From assembly GCA_008632985.1 (NCBI GenBank), contig QPGO01000022.1, forward strand, positions 496,001 through 560,000: a stretch of DNA of 64,000 nt, given 5' to 3'. The notes beneath the pieces are model-generated. The model made no database searches. It was not told the DNA's origin and worked only from the letters and a program-made list of their open reading frames with translations. Positions 47,474-60,447 of this stretch are shown here, in pieces. Source of the DNA: Psammoneis japonica (lineage: Eukaryota). The translations under genes and the position numbers were made by a program. Every line of letters begins with the position of its first letter. The first letter of the stretch is position 1.

Positions 47474-48960
47474 TGGTGCTTTTCTAGAAGTGAGATCCAA
47501 ACCTGAGGCACCGCTTTGCGCCAAATCGCCAATGACACAGCACACTGAACCAACTTGAATGGATCACATGGTGAATTCTAAATTCTTCAGTCCCCTCAAG
47601 TCGATGAACTGAACAACGAGTCGGCTTGACCCAACTTGCTCTCCAGCCACATTTGATCACTTCAACATGACAAGGGAACCCTGGCAACCTGCACCAAAAA
47701 CCCCAAAAGGGGCAAAAGGGAACCGGGTGTGAAAGACAACTGGTCTTCACAGATGTCGTGGGGAAGATCATCATCCCCACAAGTCCACCTCACTTCATGC
47801 CGCCACACATGATCTTGGCTGTGAGATCCACCAGATTGAATTCCAAACACATGTGTCCAGTGAGTGACTCGCCCATTGACACCAACTCCCTCATGGCGTG
47901 GCGGCAAACAGAGTTTGACTTCTTCTTCAAAGTGGACTCTGGACTCTGCGTGTTGTGGATGGCTGGCATGTTGTCCCCACAGATGCAGGATGGACCAGTC
48001 AATGGCATGCCCATCATCCTCAACTTGTGTCCCAAGCTGTGCAAAGACTCCATTCCTTGCTTCATGGCTGCAAACTTGGCTCCAAAAACCATGCAGATGA
48101 AGAAGCCGGTGTGTGAGTGCCTCATCAACTCATCATTTGCATGGTCCAAGTCAATGAATGAGTGCAGATCTGCCTTCAAGCCCAGAGGTTCTGGTGCATT
48201 GGATGAGATTGCTTCCTGCATGTCCCCACAAAATGACTTCCAGCTGCATTCCTTAAAGTCAGAAGTGTCAATGTGTTGGGATGTGTCAGGTCAAACACCA
48301 ACCTGGCATTGTGTCTTGCCTTGAGGCAGCCACACACATGGAGTGCAGCTGCGAGGTGACCCTCCCTGGGCATGGCAAGAAACAAGGCAAGCTTGGAAAC
48401 CTCAATTGTCAGATCAACACAACCAAGTTCTGCTGTCCATCGCAGGACGCCTGCCTGTGACTGGTGGGGCTGGGCATCTTCTGCTTCAAGCTCAGGCAAC
48501 ACATCCAACTCAGGACAACAATCCCATCACTCACAACCACAGGTCCATTGAGGAAAATTGCTTCAGAAGCACGACACATGTCATTGGCAGGAGCATCAAA
48601 GTCCACAGTGGAAATGCCAAATTGACTCGTGATGCCCGCATGCAAGGATGTGATGCAAATGCACAACAGATTTTTCCATTTCTGGTGTCCCACTTCGCCT
48701 TCATGGCCCACGCTCTGTCGGAACATGCATCGTCAGAAATGGATTCAAAAGGAGCATTCAAAGTGACTTCACAACTTTCCCGTGCATGGAGAAACATTTG
48801 AAAGTCTGTTTGAGATGAACACGTGGACACTTCAATCACGTTTCCATTGCCCGCTGCACTGCACCACACTCCGCGGTGCGTCACATCGGCTCCATTGATG
48901 CCATCAAAGGTGTGTTGCATTGCATTGATCATGTGTCCCACTCATGTGGGACCATTCAAG
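47474..48960 (-). mobile_element. Old copia relic (RT C-terminus and RNase H), TpA- and CpG-depleted
   Basis: GVLRW..ELG.VD...EVS, PREGHL, CGDNM and ESTLKKKSNS motifs in ORFs 48176-48508 and 47790-48221. Confidence 0.85.
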
Positions 48961-49154
48961 ACTGATGGTTCCGCGTCTGCAACAGTGGACTTCTAGCACG
49001 CAGACTTGATGTGTCCTCGGTCGGTCCGCCTGCCGCCCGGCCCATTGACAAGCTTGCCAAAGGGTCAAAGGGAGCTTGCGTTGATGTGATTTCAGTCAAT
49101 TTGAGATTTGCGCTGCGATGACAACAACTGCCTGAAGCCTCACAGTGCAGCAAA

Positions 49155-49418
49155 ATGACAAGGCAGTCGGTCGCTGCATTGGCCAAGCAAGGCGGTCGCA
49201 CTGTGGTGCGGGATCCAAGAAAGAAGCGTCTTCCAACTGTTGTGCCGCAGGGGCCACCTTCCGAACAACAGCCGGCTCACCCCTGGAGACAACAAACACT
49301 TCTGTTTCAGCCCAGCGATCAAAATCAGCGTGCAGTAGGATCATCCTTGGGTTCTTACGTCTTAATGGGGGCTGGAGTCGCCATTGGATTCACGTTGATC
49401 GGCGCAATGTTTGATTAG
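49155..49418 (+). CDS. Small 87-aa TM protein, copy 2 (carries TpA/CpG substitutions)
   Basis: Paralog of 32924-33187 with R4Q, P->L, I->M and G->D changes. Confidence 0.6.
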   Translation: MTRQSVAALAKQGGRTVVRDPRKKRLPTVVPQGPPSEQQPAHPWRQQTLLFQPSDQNQRAVGSSLGSYVLMGAGVAIGFTLIGAMFD

Positions 49419-49677
49419 AAGTCAAAATGTAGCTACTGATCCCTCTTTGTTTGACACGGAAAACGGATGTGCGATGAACTACCGCTGTGGTACAAGGCAT
49501 TAGAATGAGTGAATTTAATGTCTATTCGCCACATTATTTCTAAGTTATGATTGTTTGTATGTGGATCTTCCATTTGCTTCTCCAGCAGCACCTTTGCAGA
49601 AGTAACAAAACTTTGCAAAGGTAGCCTAGTCCCACGTTGTTGCTTTCAAGCAGTAGCAAAGTCGTCTCCATGGTGCT

Positions 49678-50758
49678 TCAACGATCTCCAAAACGAGCAA
49701 GCGCTCGGCCATGCTCGTCTTTATTGCTGATAAAAAGTTCAATGTACCTCGATCCCATTGAGCTCTTATGCAGTCCCATCGCACGTTTCGATTCATCGGG
49801 ATCCATAAAAGCAACGTACCCTTCCCCAGTTGCTCTTCCATCACTTCGGTATGTGAGGACAATGGATTCCTCAATAATATTGTAGTCCTTGAAGAAGTCC
49901 TCAATATCTTTCTTCGTTGAACTAAATGGTAGGCCTCTCATTCGAAGATAGCCAGTGTGCTCCCCGACCTGGATACCACCCCCAGTTCTACGGGTCCCGA
50001 CCCCGCCGCCACCGCGGCCGCTCCTAATTGTTTGCTGTGGCACAGCCCCTTTGCCTCGAGTACCAGTGTTCCCCATACCGGTATTGCTAGTGCTGGCACC
50101 TGTGTACCCCTCCGTTTCTCCCACCATCTGGGTGGCGCTTGGAAGCCCTGCCCATGACTGTGGGACCGCTTCTGAGGGTGCTAGTAGCGATTCTCCCATA
50201 CCGGCCTCTCCAGCTTGTTGCTGTTCTTGCGAGTGTTGATGCCAATGTTGCTGAAAGAAACGCAGAACATCGGAAATTGAAAGAACAAGCGTCAGCCACG
50301 AATAATAGAGTGAGTCGTACTCACGAGTGGAGCGTGGAACACTCACCGCTGCAATCGCCGCATAGTAGTCAGAACGTTTCCCCTGTAGCACTTCGATAAA
50401 GCGACGACCAATGCTTTGGCGGTCCCTGTGCATGAAAGAAGCGCGCAGAAGCAAGGTGTTTGAGACCGGCAGGCGTTTCCACGTCCAAAGATGCGACGTG
50501 ACGTTCCTAAACGTACCGTTGCAGCGCCATCTGAAAATCCATTGGATTTGCAAAGACAACAAAAGCCTCACCACCAACATGAAGAACAACATCAATAACA
50601 ACGAGGCCTTGGAAAAATACAAGTACGTCCTCGAGAGTTACTTCAAACGGCAGACCACGCAGCCTCGCACAAGGGAATGGCCCAAGAACCGACTCCAGCG
50701 GATCCGTCGACGACCCGAGCCCCGGAAGACCAGGCGGCAATGGAATTCCGTCCATCAT
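49678..50758 (-). CDS. hnRNP F/H-like (qRRM) RNA-binding protein, copy 2 (intact); introns at about 50245-50340 and 50430-50515
   Basis: Two qRRMs (ARLRGLPF..GEAFVVF..RFIEV and LRMRGLPF..GEGYVAF..RYIELF). Normal stop codon at 49678. Confidence 0.88.
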
Positions 50759-51309
50759 CGCGCCGTGGAGGTGGAGATACCTGCGGTATAAACACAAACA
50801 CAACGCAGACTATCAATGGATATGCTTCAAACTCACAGGCTGCAACAACAATGAGGTCATCTGTTGGAACGGGGCGTTGGCCCCACGCCAGCGTGCTCCT
50901 CTCCACAATTTTTGGCTTCCTGCCGCTCCTCCCGATCATGCTTCTTTTCACGCCGGGCCCACGGGAACGACCAGTAAAACAACTACGTACGAACAACCCG
51001 CGTAAGGAACGTACGGACAGTCAAATCAAAAGTCGCGCCATCGAAACGATGCGTTACGTACAACCACCAACGAATAAGTAAATGTGAAAAACAAATTATT
51101 CAACTTCGAATAAATATTACGGCAGGACAGTCGTGGATTTCGTAAGTGATGAGTAGAAATCAACGCAGAACACTTATCAAAATATTCATATACAGCATTG
51201 AATGACTAATTCTCAGATTTATGTCAACATGTTCTCGAGCTCTGCGAGCTACAAAAAACACGAAAGCCATAGTCTGTCCACCCACCCGCAAAAAATCGCA
51301 GCGACGAAA

Positions 51310-51694
51310 AATGCCAAGCGCTGAAAAACAGCGACGACGCCAACGAACGCTCACCCGTGGTGATGATGTATCGGTATCATCTGACCGCCCCACGACGGGT
51401 CCATTGGATACCCATACATTACATGCTGCGGTGGTATTGGGGCTTGCATTGGCTGCTGCGGTGGATGAGGAGCCTGATGCCCTTGAGGCGGTGCACCTCC
51501 TGGGGCACTCTCCTTCTTCCCCTTCTCCATCGTCCTTCGTGGATGAAGACGTCAACCTTGTTTCTGTTTATGTTTTGAGTAATGTATATATCTTTGCGCA
51601 TGCCGGTATGTTTTTACCTTCAAATCACGTAGAAAATGCTTTTGCTCTCCTCTCAAATATATCAAGAATTCATGTTCCATACGAGTTGGCGTAG
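51310..51694 (+). CDS. Possible hypothetical protein (first exon?)
   Basis: ORF with AAAATG start and hydrophobic stretches. No recognisable motif. Confidence 0.25.
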
Positions 51695-52638
51695 GACTTG
51701 CGTACGCAGGTCGCAGTAGGGTTTGTACTGAGCTTCAACACCCTGGCGTGCCTACTCGCGGTCAGACGTGGAACGGGTGTACAGGTTGACAGCAACCGAG
51801 TCCCACATTGTTCACTTCAAAAATTCATGTTGCCGGCGAACTCGACAATAACTTGATCGGCATACTCGTGTACTGTCATAATAATTGAAGAGGTACCTAA
51901 AAGCGATGTAGATATAAGCAGTGTCAAATTGAGCGATATCTGGGCTTGTACATAGAAATTGGTGGTCAAAACAACACAGCCGCATAGGCAAGCCCATTTC
52001 GAGCGTGTGCTCTCGTTTTCTCCATCTCCATATCATAGCAAGAGGTGTTTTGCCAGTGACCTGCATTCTGCTTTCTATGGAGACTGACTGTGCAACATTA
52101 CGACGCTTCAAAGGACTACACCTGTTGAAACAGGCCCTGCTTGATAAAACCCGACTACATTATGGACTTACTGCTCATTCTTCGATTTCTTTAGTCGATT
52201 TCTTTAGTGCCGAGAGTCGGTATATCTATTGTTTCGACAGCTTGTCCAGTCTCTCTTCGGCTTGCAACGAGTCGACAACAACAACAACGCGAGACGAGGT
52301 GATTCGGTGTACCATCCTCGTTGTAAATGAATTGATGCAGCACCGTAAGTAATTCCTACTAGCTAGTTGCAGCTGGGGATTTTTCAAATTATCTGTATCT
52401 TATTCAGATTTCATAGTTGAGATGATGGCGAAAGACGAAGAAGCTGCACATGCAGTTCGGCTGCGGCGATGCTCACGCTTTGCCCTTTGCCCCTCATGCT
52501 TTCATTCTGAACATGCTGTCCGTGCCATCAAGGAGCTCTTGGAAGGATGCGTTGAGTTCACTTTCGCCGAATGGAAGATTCTGCCTATCGGCTAATGCCT
52601 TACTTTAAGACTTCGTTTAGAGTCACATATCAAATTGT

Positions 52639-55600
52639 TTAGATTACTTCTTTCAGACCCAGTTCTTTACCTGCCTCTGCGGCGGCTTCGAACGAAGCCT
52701 TTGAGCTAACAACTGCAACTGACGGGTTCTTCATATGCCTAAGCCGCTCCGCGAAATCACGGAAGTCGGAAGGCTTTGTGTCCATAATCTCGTCTCTGTA
52801 CGACTGCCGCCGTTCGGCACTTTGACGAACGAGCCATTGATTGAAGGAGGTGAACCCCTTTTGGTCGGGAGAAAGAGCTCCGTCCAAATCACCTACTGCA
52901 CCAATGATTGCAGTTGCCAACGCTTCTGGATCTTTTTCCAAATCATCTGCGGCAGCCATCAATGCGTCGGCCGTGGCATCGTAGACATCAAGGGTGGTCG
53001 CTAAGTTGGGATCGCGGTAACTTAAATAGGAAAAGAAACCATTTCCTGGGTTGAAGGTGCAGAAGCCACCGTACGCCCCACCAATGACTCGTACGTTGTC
53101 CCACAAGTAACCCGTTCGAAGGAAACGCGACACCACTGCAGTCGAACCGTCGACTTTTTCACCAACATCGTACAACAAACCTCCTTTTCCAACGTATGAG
53201 ACTTGAGTTGGCACAACGAAGCCTTCATCGGCCAGAGGAGCAACCGCCTTCATTTCCTCCTTGGCTTTGGCGACCCAAGGATGCTCTTCGACGTAAAAGT
53301 CCGGGAGTTTCTTGCCATTGCTATCTCCAGGGAGGTCATTCAGGAATGCTTCCAGGCTAGGTTGGATTTTCTCTAGGACTCGTTGGTCACCTGTAATGTC
53401 AACAACCATTCCGTCCCTACACGTGCTTTCGTCCAGGATGGTGCTCCTCATGCGTTCGAGACGTGAATGCACAGATGGCCAGTCTTCTTCCGCCTGCTTC
53501 AGGAGATTTTTAACTGTGTCCAACGCAGAAATACCTCCCATTTTCTCTTCAATATAGCCTGGTACATCGTAGCGAGCTTTAAGACGCGTGTTTGCGTAGG
53601 AGTGCCCCGATCCCTGGATGCTAGATTCCAAACGAGATCGGGTCTCTTTCAGCATTTCGACGACCTTGCTCTGGGAGTCGAGGTTGGCTTCGGTGAGGAT
53701 AAGCTTGAATAACGAGAAAAGCTCGCCAGTATTGTCACTAGTGGCCTTCCCCTTGATGAGTAGCTTTGCCACCATGTTGTTTCCGTCCATCACCAAACCA
53801 TCCGAGAGACCATCTGGCCTCACCGGGGATGCAAAAATATCAACGTTTATGCCGCCGGTGTGGGTACCGATTCTGCGAGATAATGCAACATCTGAGAGTT
53901 CTCCCGCACCAGTCTCAAGCATGATACGCGAAAATAGAGAAAGCAGTGGGGTGTCTTCGAGATCCAAGCTGGAGATATCGACAGCAAAATTGACGTACGC
54001 GATTCCAGACGTGGATCCTAGCTCATGGCGAATTACAGTGACACCAGAATCATTCTCATTTTCCGTCACTGCAATGGGATACTCAGTCGCCTCTCGTTTC
54101 AAATCTTTAAGCTCCAAGCTAGGAATTGTAGCGCGAGCCTCGGGAGGATCCTCAGTCGCCTGCAGCTTCTTCAGCTCGATCGTTTTGTCGATGATGTCTT
54201 GAAGTTCGTCGTCACTCAAAGATGATTTGATTGACGCTAGGCGTTCCTCTTCGTCCTGCAGGTTGTGGACGACGAGACAGCTTGTGAGGAAGAGGGAGCT
54301 AAGGGGCAAGAGGGAACGACATATTCCACTCAATAAGACTTACCTTTAGTTGTTCGGCCTCCAGAGTCTTAGACGGCACCATTTCAACCGTTGTGCGGTG
54401 AGAGTTCTCGAGCAGAAGGTTCTTAATCATATCCTGGAACACCTTGGATCCAGATTTGGCAATCTCAGCCTTGAGTTCTGCAAGAGGCTCTTCGAATTTG
54501 AGTGCATCAGTCGGTTTCATGTCATACAACCACTTTGACATAGAACCGAGCATGAACGAAAGACCTCTTGGAAAGGATCCGGTGTTGAATTCACGCATCT
54601 ACAAAAATAGCAAAAGCGCAACAATTCAGCGAAAACGGACACTCAATAGGCGAGGGAAGCAACGACGAACGTCATACCTGAAATTCGATGGTATTCATAG
54701 ATGATGCAATCGCATCGTCAGTAAATCCCTCTTCCGCTGCTTTCGTTAGTGTGTCAATAATGAGGTCCTGCACAGCTTTGGTGTTCTCAGGCTGTACACC
54801 CTTCAGTCCCATGCTGAAGGTAGCCTGCAGCAACTCATCGGAAAGACCACCTCCGGTAATGGCTTCTCCAAGGCCGCTCTCCATTAGCGATTTGCGCAGA
54901 ATACTCGAAGGGGTGCCCACCAACAAGTGATCCAAGATATTCACAGTCAATTCCTCCGTCGGAGTGAACGGCTTGTCGTTCAATAACCAATTCATCATGA
55001 CCATGTGGGTTGAGGGTTGGTCAGCGCCGGCAGGGTAAAATTGGCGGGAGTCTCTTGGTTCTGCAAATTTCTTCTCTTGCCAGCCGATTAGGCTGGCGGG
55101 TTTGCTTTCTGGAGATTCGTCAAACTCAGAGAGATACTCATCCATAAGCTCCAACCGAGTGTAAACATCGTCGTCACCAGAAAAGTAAATACGAGAGTTA
55201 CTAGGATGGTAGAACTTGGCGTGAAAATCCGCAAACTGCTCAAACGATAAATCTGGGATCACGGAAGGGTCTCCGCCGCTGTCAACAGAATACGTGTTGT
55301 CCGGAAAAAGAGACCGTTGAGATTCCCGGTTCAAGAGAGAATCGGGAGAGGAGTAAACGCCCTTCATTTCATTGTACACTACGCCCTTGTAGGTGAGTGG
55401 CTGCTCCTTGTCTTCGAGCTCTAAATGCCACCCCTCCTGAGCATGAACCATAGGGTCGTCAATAGCACGTGGGTGGTAGACAGCATCCGTGTAGACGTTA
55501 ATGAGGTTGTAGAAATCCTTCAGGTTCTGACTGGCCACAACGTAGCATGTACGATCTGGGTAAGTGAAGGCGTTGAGGAAAGTTTGAAGACTACCTTGAA

Positions 55601-56216
55601 GGAGTTGAACAAATGGGTCCTTGGTTTTGTATTTGCGACTACCACACAGAACAGAATGCTCTAGAATGTGAGGAACTCCCGTTGAATCAGAGGGCGGTGT
55701 ACGGAAAGTGATACCAAACACCTGGACAAAGAAAGAGGACGACACAGGTTCAACTTGTAAGATACAGTCTCCCGATAACTTCTACCGACCGTGTGCAATC
55801 ATTCTCACCTTGTTGTCGTCGTCACATGCTACCGAAAGAAGCTCGGCGCCACTTTTCTTGTGCTTGTATCGCGTACAATAGGCTCCGTACTCTGTAACCA
55901 CGTCCTTTTCAATGACCTCATACGCAGGATGCGTCACATCCAAAGCCTTTTCAAGCTCCGTTACGGCCAAAGTGCTCTGCTTGAGAGATGTGATCGTCGA
56001 AGAAGACCGTTCTGACCGTTCTGACTGCAACGAGCGTCGTCCAAAGAAAGCAAGAGGGGGAGAAGCATTACGTGTATTTTTCGAATAAAAGAGCCCCTTG
56101 TTGGAGCGAGTGGCAGCAATGCGAGCAGAGGAGCTAAATGTAGCGAGTGAAAAGGCGGTAGCCGTAGTGGCGGAACCACGTCGTGCCACAATTGCAAGGC
56201 TCGCCAAGAGCGCCAT
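52639..56216 (-). CDS. PREP: Presequence protease (PreP/pitrilysin, peptidase M16C), organelle-targeted; 4 exons
   Basis: Inverted zinc-binding motif HILEH in STGVPHILEHSVLCGSRKY. FLNAFTYPDRT, GVVYNEMKG, VRVIGGAYGG and SYRDPN motifs. Introns about 55722-55808, 54599-54677 and 54257-54343. Confidence 0.96.
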
Positions 56217-57302
56217 TTTCTTGGCAAACAGCCTGTTTTCGCCGTGCACGCAAAGCAGAAGCAAACACAAACATGAGAACATACCTGAGCAGTGTTTTGA
56301 ACGGAATTAGTGCCCAGTTGAATTGCCATAAATGTCATGGCCAGGATTACCACGAGAATCATGAAGCACTTGGACGTGATCATCGTACCAAGCCAGTGAC
56401 GATGAGTCAGACGTCTTGAAGCACCTTTTCTTGATTTCACCGGTGCGCGAACTTGAACCATCGAAGAAAAAGTTGCAACAACGCCAGGAACAGGGGAAAA
56501 TAAACGAGATAGAGTAGACAACTGGATCACCGGTGAAACGATCCCAATCCTACCTTGAAGCCTTTGGTAATGACATTCGTCAAGTCCAGTGAAATAGTGA
56601 AAGATCGCGGGAGAAGCGGGGAGAAAACGCCGTGTTGGTTGCTTTTCTGTTTTTGAGGCCTGGGACGGAATCTCCAAAAGCATTGCGTGAGATTGATTTT
56701 GCGCGCGACAAATTACTCAGCGAAACTCCGTCAGCGGCGCCGACACAACCGCTTGAAGTCAACGATTGATGACGCGATCAGGAATTCTGGTTGCGCCATG
56801 TCAGAATTCCAAGGAGTCCATCATCTGCTTGACACGTCGGCAAAGTTTGCTCTATCTCTCATGGGCGCTAGAGTTCAGAGGAAAGCCATCATGATTCATT
56901 CTTGTCTGTCCACCAGCCCGGTTGTCTCTTGGCGTTGCTGTGCTAGCGCCGTTTATTTGGCATGCTCTCTACTAGCTAGAGGGCTAAACGAGGACTCAAA
57001 CACTGGATTTCGTAATTCAGACTCTAGGTACCTTTCCGCCATGATATTTTGTATCGGAGCTACTGTATCCAAACGAATACTGTAATCTCAAGTTATGCCG
57101 TACATACGCCCTACCAGGTAGGTCAGGTACAAGTCGAGACCGAAGGTGAGCAAAGCGAGCTTAAAAATTGTTCAGTGTTGTTTTCTATGGCATGGTTGTC
57201 ATTTTTATAGTTTTTTTGTTGTTGAGATTGATAGCCTGGTGAATACTCGCAAGGCAGTACGGTGGAACTGTACAAAAAATACTGAACGCCCAGCTGCGCT
57301 CG

Positions 57303-58007
57303 TCACATCATGACGCTGTGGTCTCTCCTGAACTGCTGCAAGGACGCAGTAGCACACGCAACAGCGACATTGGATACCTTCTTCTTGGATGACCTTGTCG
57401 TCGCTGCCTTTTTGGAGTGATGGTTCTTTGGCTTGTTGGGGACGATCCTTGCTGACCTTGATGGAGATGCAGCACCTGCTGCAATAGCCGCTGCAGCCGC
57501 AGTTGCCGCCGCTGCCTTCTTCATGAGTTTCATCTTCTTTCTCCGCTTCTTATTGGACAGACGACTTGAGCCCCTCGATGATGGCCTGGATTGAGTAGGT
57601 ATGCGTTGCATCCTAACGACCATGGGAGTCTGAGATAGTAACGCTTGCTCTGTTGGTTTGATCTCCTCTGTACCGGTATGGACAGCAGCGAGTTCTATTT
57701 CCTCCTCTAGTTTTCCTAAAGAGATATCGTCAATGTCCACGTCAAGCGAGACAATGGTGCTACTCTCCGTTTCCTCCAACGCCGCGTCGATGTTGTCGAA
57801 CGACACCGAGTTGGAACACAAGGAAAAAGACGACGACGAAGAGGATGGAAAGGGAGAGTTCGTGCGAAAAGCGTCGTCGCAGTAGTCGTATTCCTCATCT
57901 CTCTCGTCCACGTCCATATCGTCTTCAACGAGCACGTATTCTGATTCTTCTTCGACGATGTGAGATGATTCGTCATTGAGAGCAATGGATTCCATCATGG
58001 TTGACAT
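57303..58007 (-). CDS. Hypothetical protein (acidic N-terminus, basic C-terminus)
   Basis: 234-aa ORF with AAAATG start. SNKKRRKKMK and NVAVACA motifs. Confidence 0.7.
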   Translation of the reverse strand: MSTMMESIALNDESSHIVEEESEYVLVEDDMDVDERDEEYDYCDDAFRTNSPFPSSSSSSFSLCSNSVSFDNIDAALEETESSTIVSLDVDIDDISLGKLEEEIELAAVHTGTEEIKPTEQALLSQTPMVVRMQRIPTQSRPSSRGSSRLSNKKRRKKMKLMKKAAAATAAAAAIAAGAASPSRSARIVPNKPKNHHSKKAATTRSSKKKVSNVAVACATASLQQFRRDHSVMM

Positions 58008-58645
58008 TTTGTGATTGAGTAGGTACTTTCGTAAAGTTCAATTCAAGAATCTCAAAAGTGGTGCGATGAAGCAGTGGTAAAGCTGTTCGGAATAGTGATA
58101 GCTATCTCTTCCGTAAGAGTAGTTGTCGAAATATAATGCCGGTGAATGTTAGCGAATCTCGGTGCGTGGTCTTCTGCCAATCAGCGACAACCGACAACCG
58201 AAAAAGAATTCTCGCTTCCGTACATACCGGTAGCATAGTTCAAAACGATGATGATGTCACAAAACCATGATGTTCCGATCGCATTGTTCTTTTTGAATCG
58301 CGTGACGCAACCAAAACAAGACTCAACATCGCGCGAGAAGCCCAATGTTCGCGCGAATACTGTATGTCTGCCAGACGTCCGTTTTCGAGCGTGCGTTGAA
58401 CGTTGGTCAGTTACAGTACGGTAGTTAGTCCCGACAGTTTCACAAGACGACGAGAACAACGGCATGTTGGACGTTGATCGAACTGGGATCGGTATTTTAT
58501 TGCACAAAACCATGAAGCTGATGTATGAGATAGTATGTGTTGTCTTGCTTTGTATTGTTGGGGCTCGAGGCGCTCGTCTGCAAACGAATAAGGAGGACCG
58601 GTGTGCAAAGTATACATCGTGTAAGTCGAAAGGCTGTTTTCAGTT

Positions 58646-60381
58646 TTGTTTCTCAAATCGCACGATGCGTCTTACGGAATTCTTACTATTGCCATTATAG
58701 GTGCCGCGTGTACTGGAGCTCATTATCAAAATGACTATATGATAAGCGAGGATACGTTAGTGTCAGAAACGTCGCAGTCACGCGGTTTGCTTCGCAATTC
58801 TTTGGCGTGGCCGCACCCGCACCTCCGTCCCACTTGTGAGTGGTGTCCTTTAGACAAGACCTGCTCTTCAAAATCAGAGCCCACCGAGTGCGAAAACGAT
58901 AGCAATGTTACAGTGTCGCTTACGTATGAGTATGATTGTCCCTTGGGTCCTGATCCATATCCGGACGAACCTCCGTCGTTGCTGCCCGATTGGATGGGAA
59001 GCCTTAGGGCATCTGGCGGTATGGACCACTTGGCTCTTGTCGATCTATCACTCCCAGGGACCCATGATTCATTGACGTATGATTTGTCTCTTACTGTTTC
59101 GGACGATGGTCTTGATCAAGTGAGAAGAATTGCTGAGATGCTACACACACTTTCTGGTGGCGCCATTCGGCTCCTACCGGGGGAACTTGAAGAGTTCTTT
59201 CGGCTTCAAGCAAAAACTCAACATCTCACCGTCTCGCAGCAACTCGACAATGGAGTGCGTTTTATAGATGCTCGTATCATGATGGATCATGAAAGTAAGA
59301 CGTGGTACTCAATCCATTTTATGCAATCGAGAAATCCGATTCATCACTACTTCAACGAGATTCGGGAGTGGTTGGATGATCATCCAGAGGAAGTCGTGGT
59401 GGTTTGGTTGTCTCGTCATGGCAGTACTAAAGACACTGGAGATACCCAGTATCCTGGTGTTTCGACGGAGGACAAACGGATCATGTGGAATAATTACACC
59501 TCCATCTTTGATGGGCTGATGTTGGATACAAGGACCAGCAGTATTCACACCACGCCTGTCGCAGATTTGGTGGATCGTGGACACCGCTTGGTAACGTTCG
59601 CCACAGACTATGTGGACTTCACAGATTCGTCTCCATTGGCATTGAATGGCGCGAAAATTCAAAACTACTACAAAGGAGGTGGCGCATTTGATTTACCGGT
59701 TGCCATGACGTCTCATTTGTCCTACCTGAAAAACGCAACTGCCAACAATGCTGCAGTTAGGGAACAGTCGGGCTTCTCTTTAATGTCCATGAACACAGAA
59801 GGGACTGGCTGGCAAGTTACAGATGCGGCCAAGGAACGCTTCGTTCACTGGTTAGGTGCAACGTTAGCAATGATGAAGCTGTTGCTGCAGTTGAGGGACT
59901 ATTCAAGTCATGTGCCAAGCACACTCAGATTCCCGGACTAAATCATTGGTGCCCACAAACGCTGTTGGACATCGGGCAGCTCACTAGTTTCTACAATCAA
60001 ATCATACTCCACACCGCTTACCAACTGCTGGATGTTAATCCACACGTGGCTTTTCCGAATGCTTTCTATCTCGATGCACTCGATTATTCCGGGACAATAC
60101 GTACGGGAACACAAACGCTCTTTGGAGCTGAACGAAGTCCCCATGGAGCCTCTCACAAGAACTCGAAGTATGCTTATGTTGACACGGTGTTGGCTTACAA
60201 CGCTCGGAAAGCCTGTCAGGTAGTTCAGCAACAGCTTGAAGACTCAAACTCAGCCTTACACTCCTGTAACAGCACCTTTATGCAAACTGTGGTCGAACGA
60301 ATGTCTCACCATCCTCTTCAAAGGTGGGAAGAACCTGCGTATGGTCGCCGTGTTGATTGGCCATTCCTGTATGGTAATTGA
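58646..60381 (+). CDS. Secreted PI-PLC X-domain (PLC-like phosphodiesterase) protein; small frameshift or intron near 59850-59960
   Basis: LSLPGTHDS, QQLDNGVRFIDAR and HPEEVVVV motifs. Signal-peptide-like N-terminus. Confidence 0.85.
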
Positions 60382-60447
60382 TCAGCTTGTTATTGTACAT
60401 CTCGAATATTCTGATTAGATAATTTTAAAATCATTATTCTGTCGTTA

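Larger units (their letters stand above)
48985..50815 (+). repeat. Segmental duplicate of 32860-34575; its promoter part is also present at 27698-27767 and 34577-34770
   Basis: Near-identical sequence seen directly. Differences are concentrated in 48985-49430. Confidence 0.95.

Noticed and set aside
36178..60000. Apparent 1-bp frameshifts in several host genes (purC 5' end, MFS transporter, PI-PLC; also the K+ channel 5' end at about 25.8 kb) as programmed frameshifting or mass pseudogenisation
   Set aside because: They are scattered single indels in otherwise intact genes with no slippery-site pattern. Residual long-read assembly errors or unrecognised short introns are more likely, and this cannot be resolved without reads.
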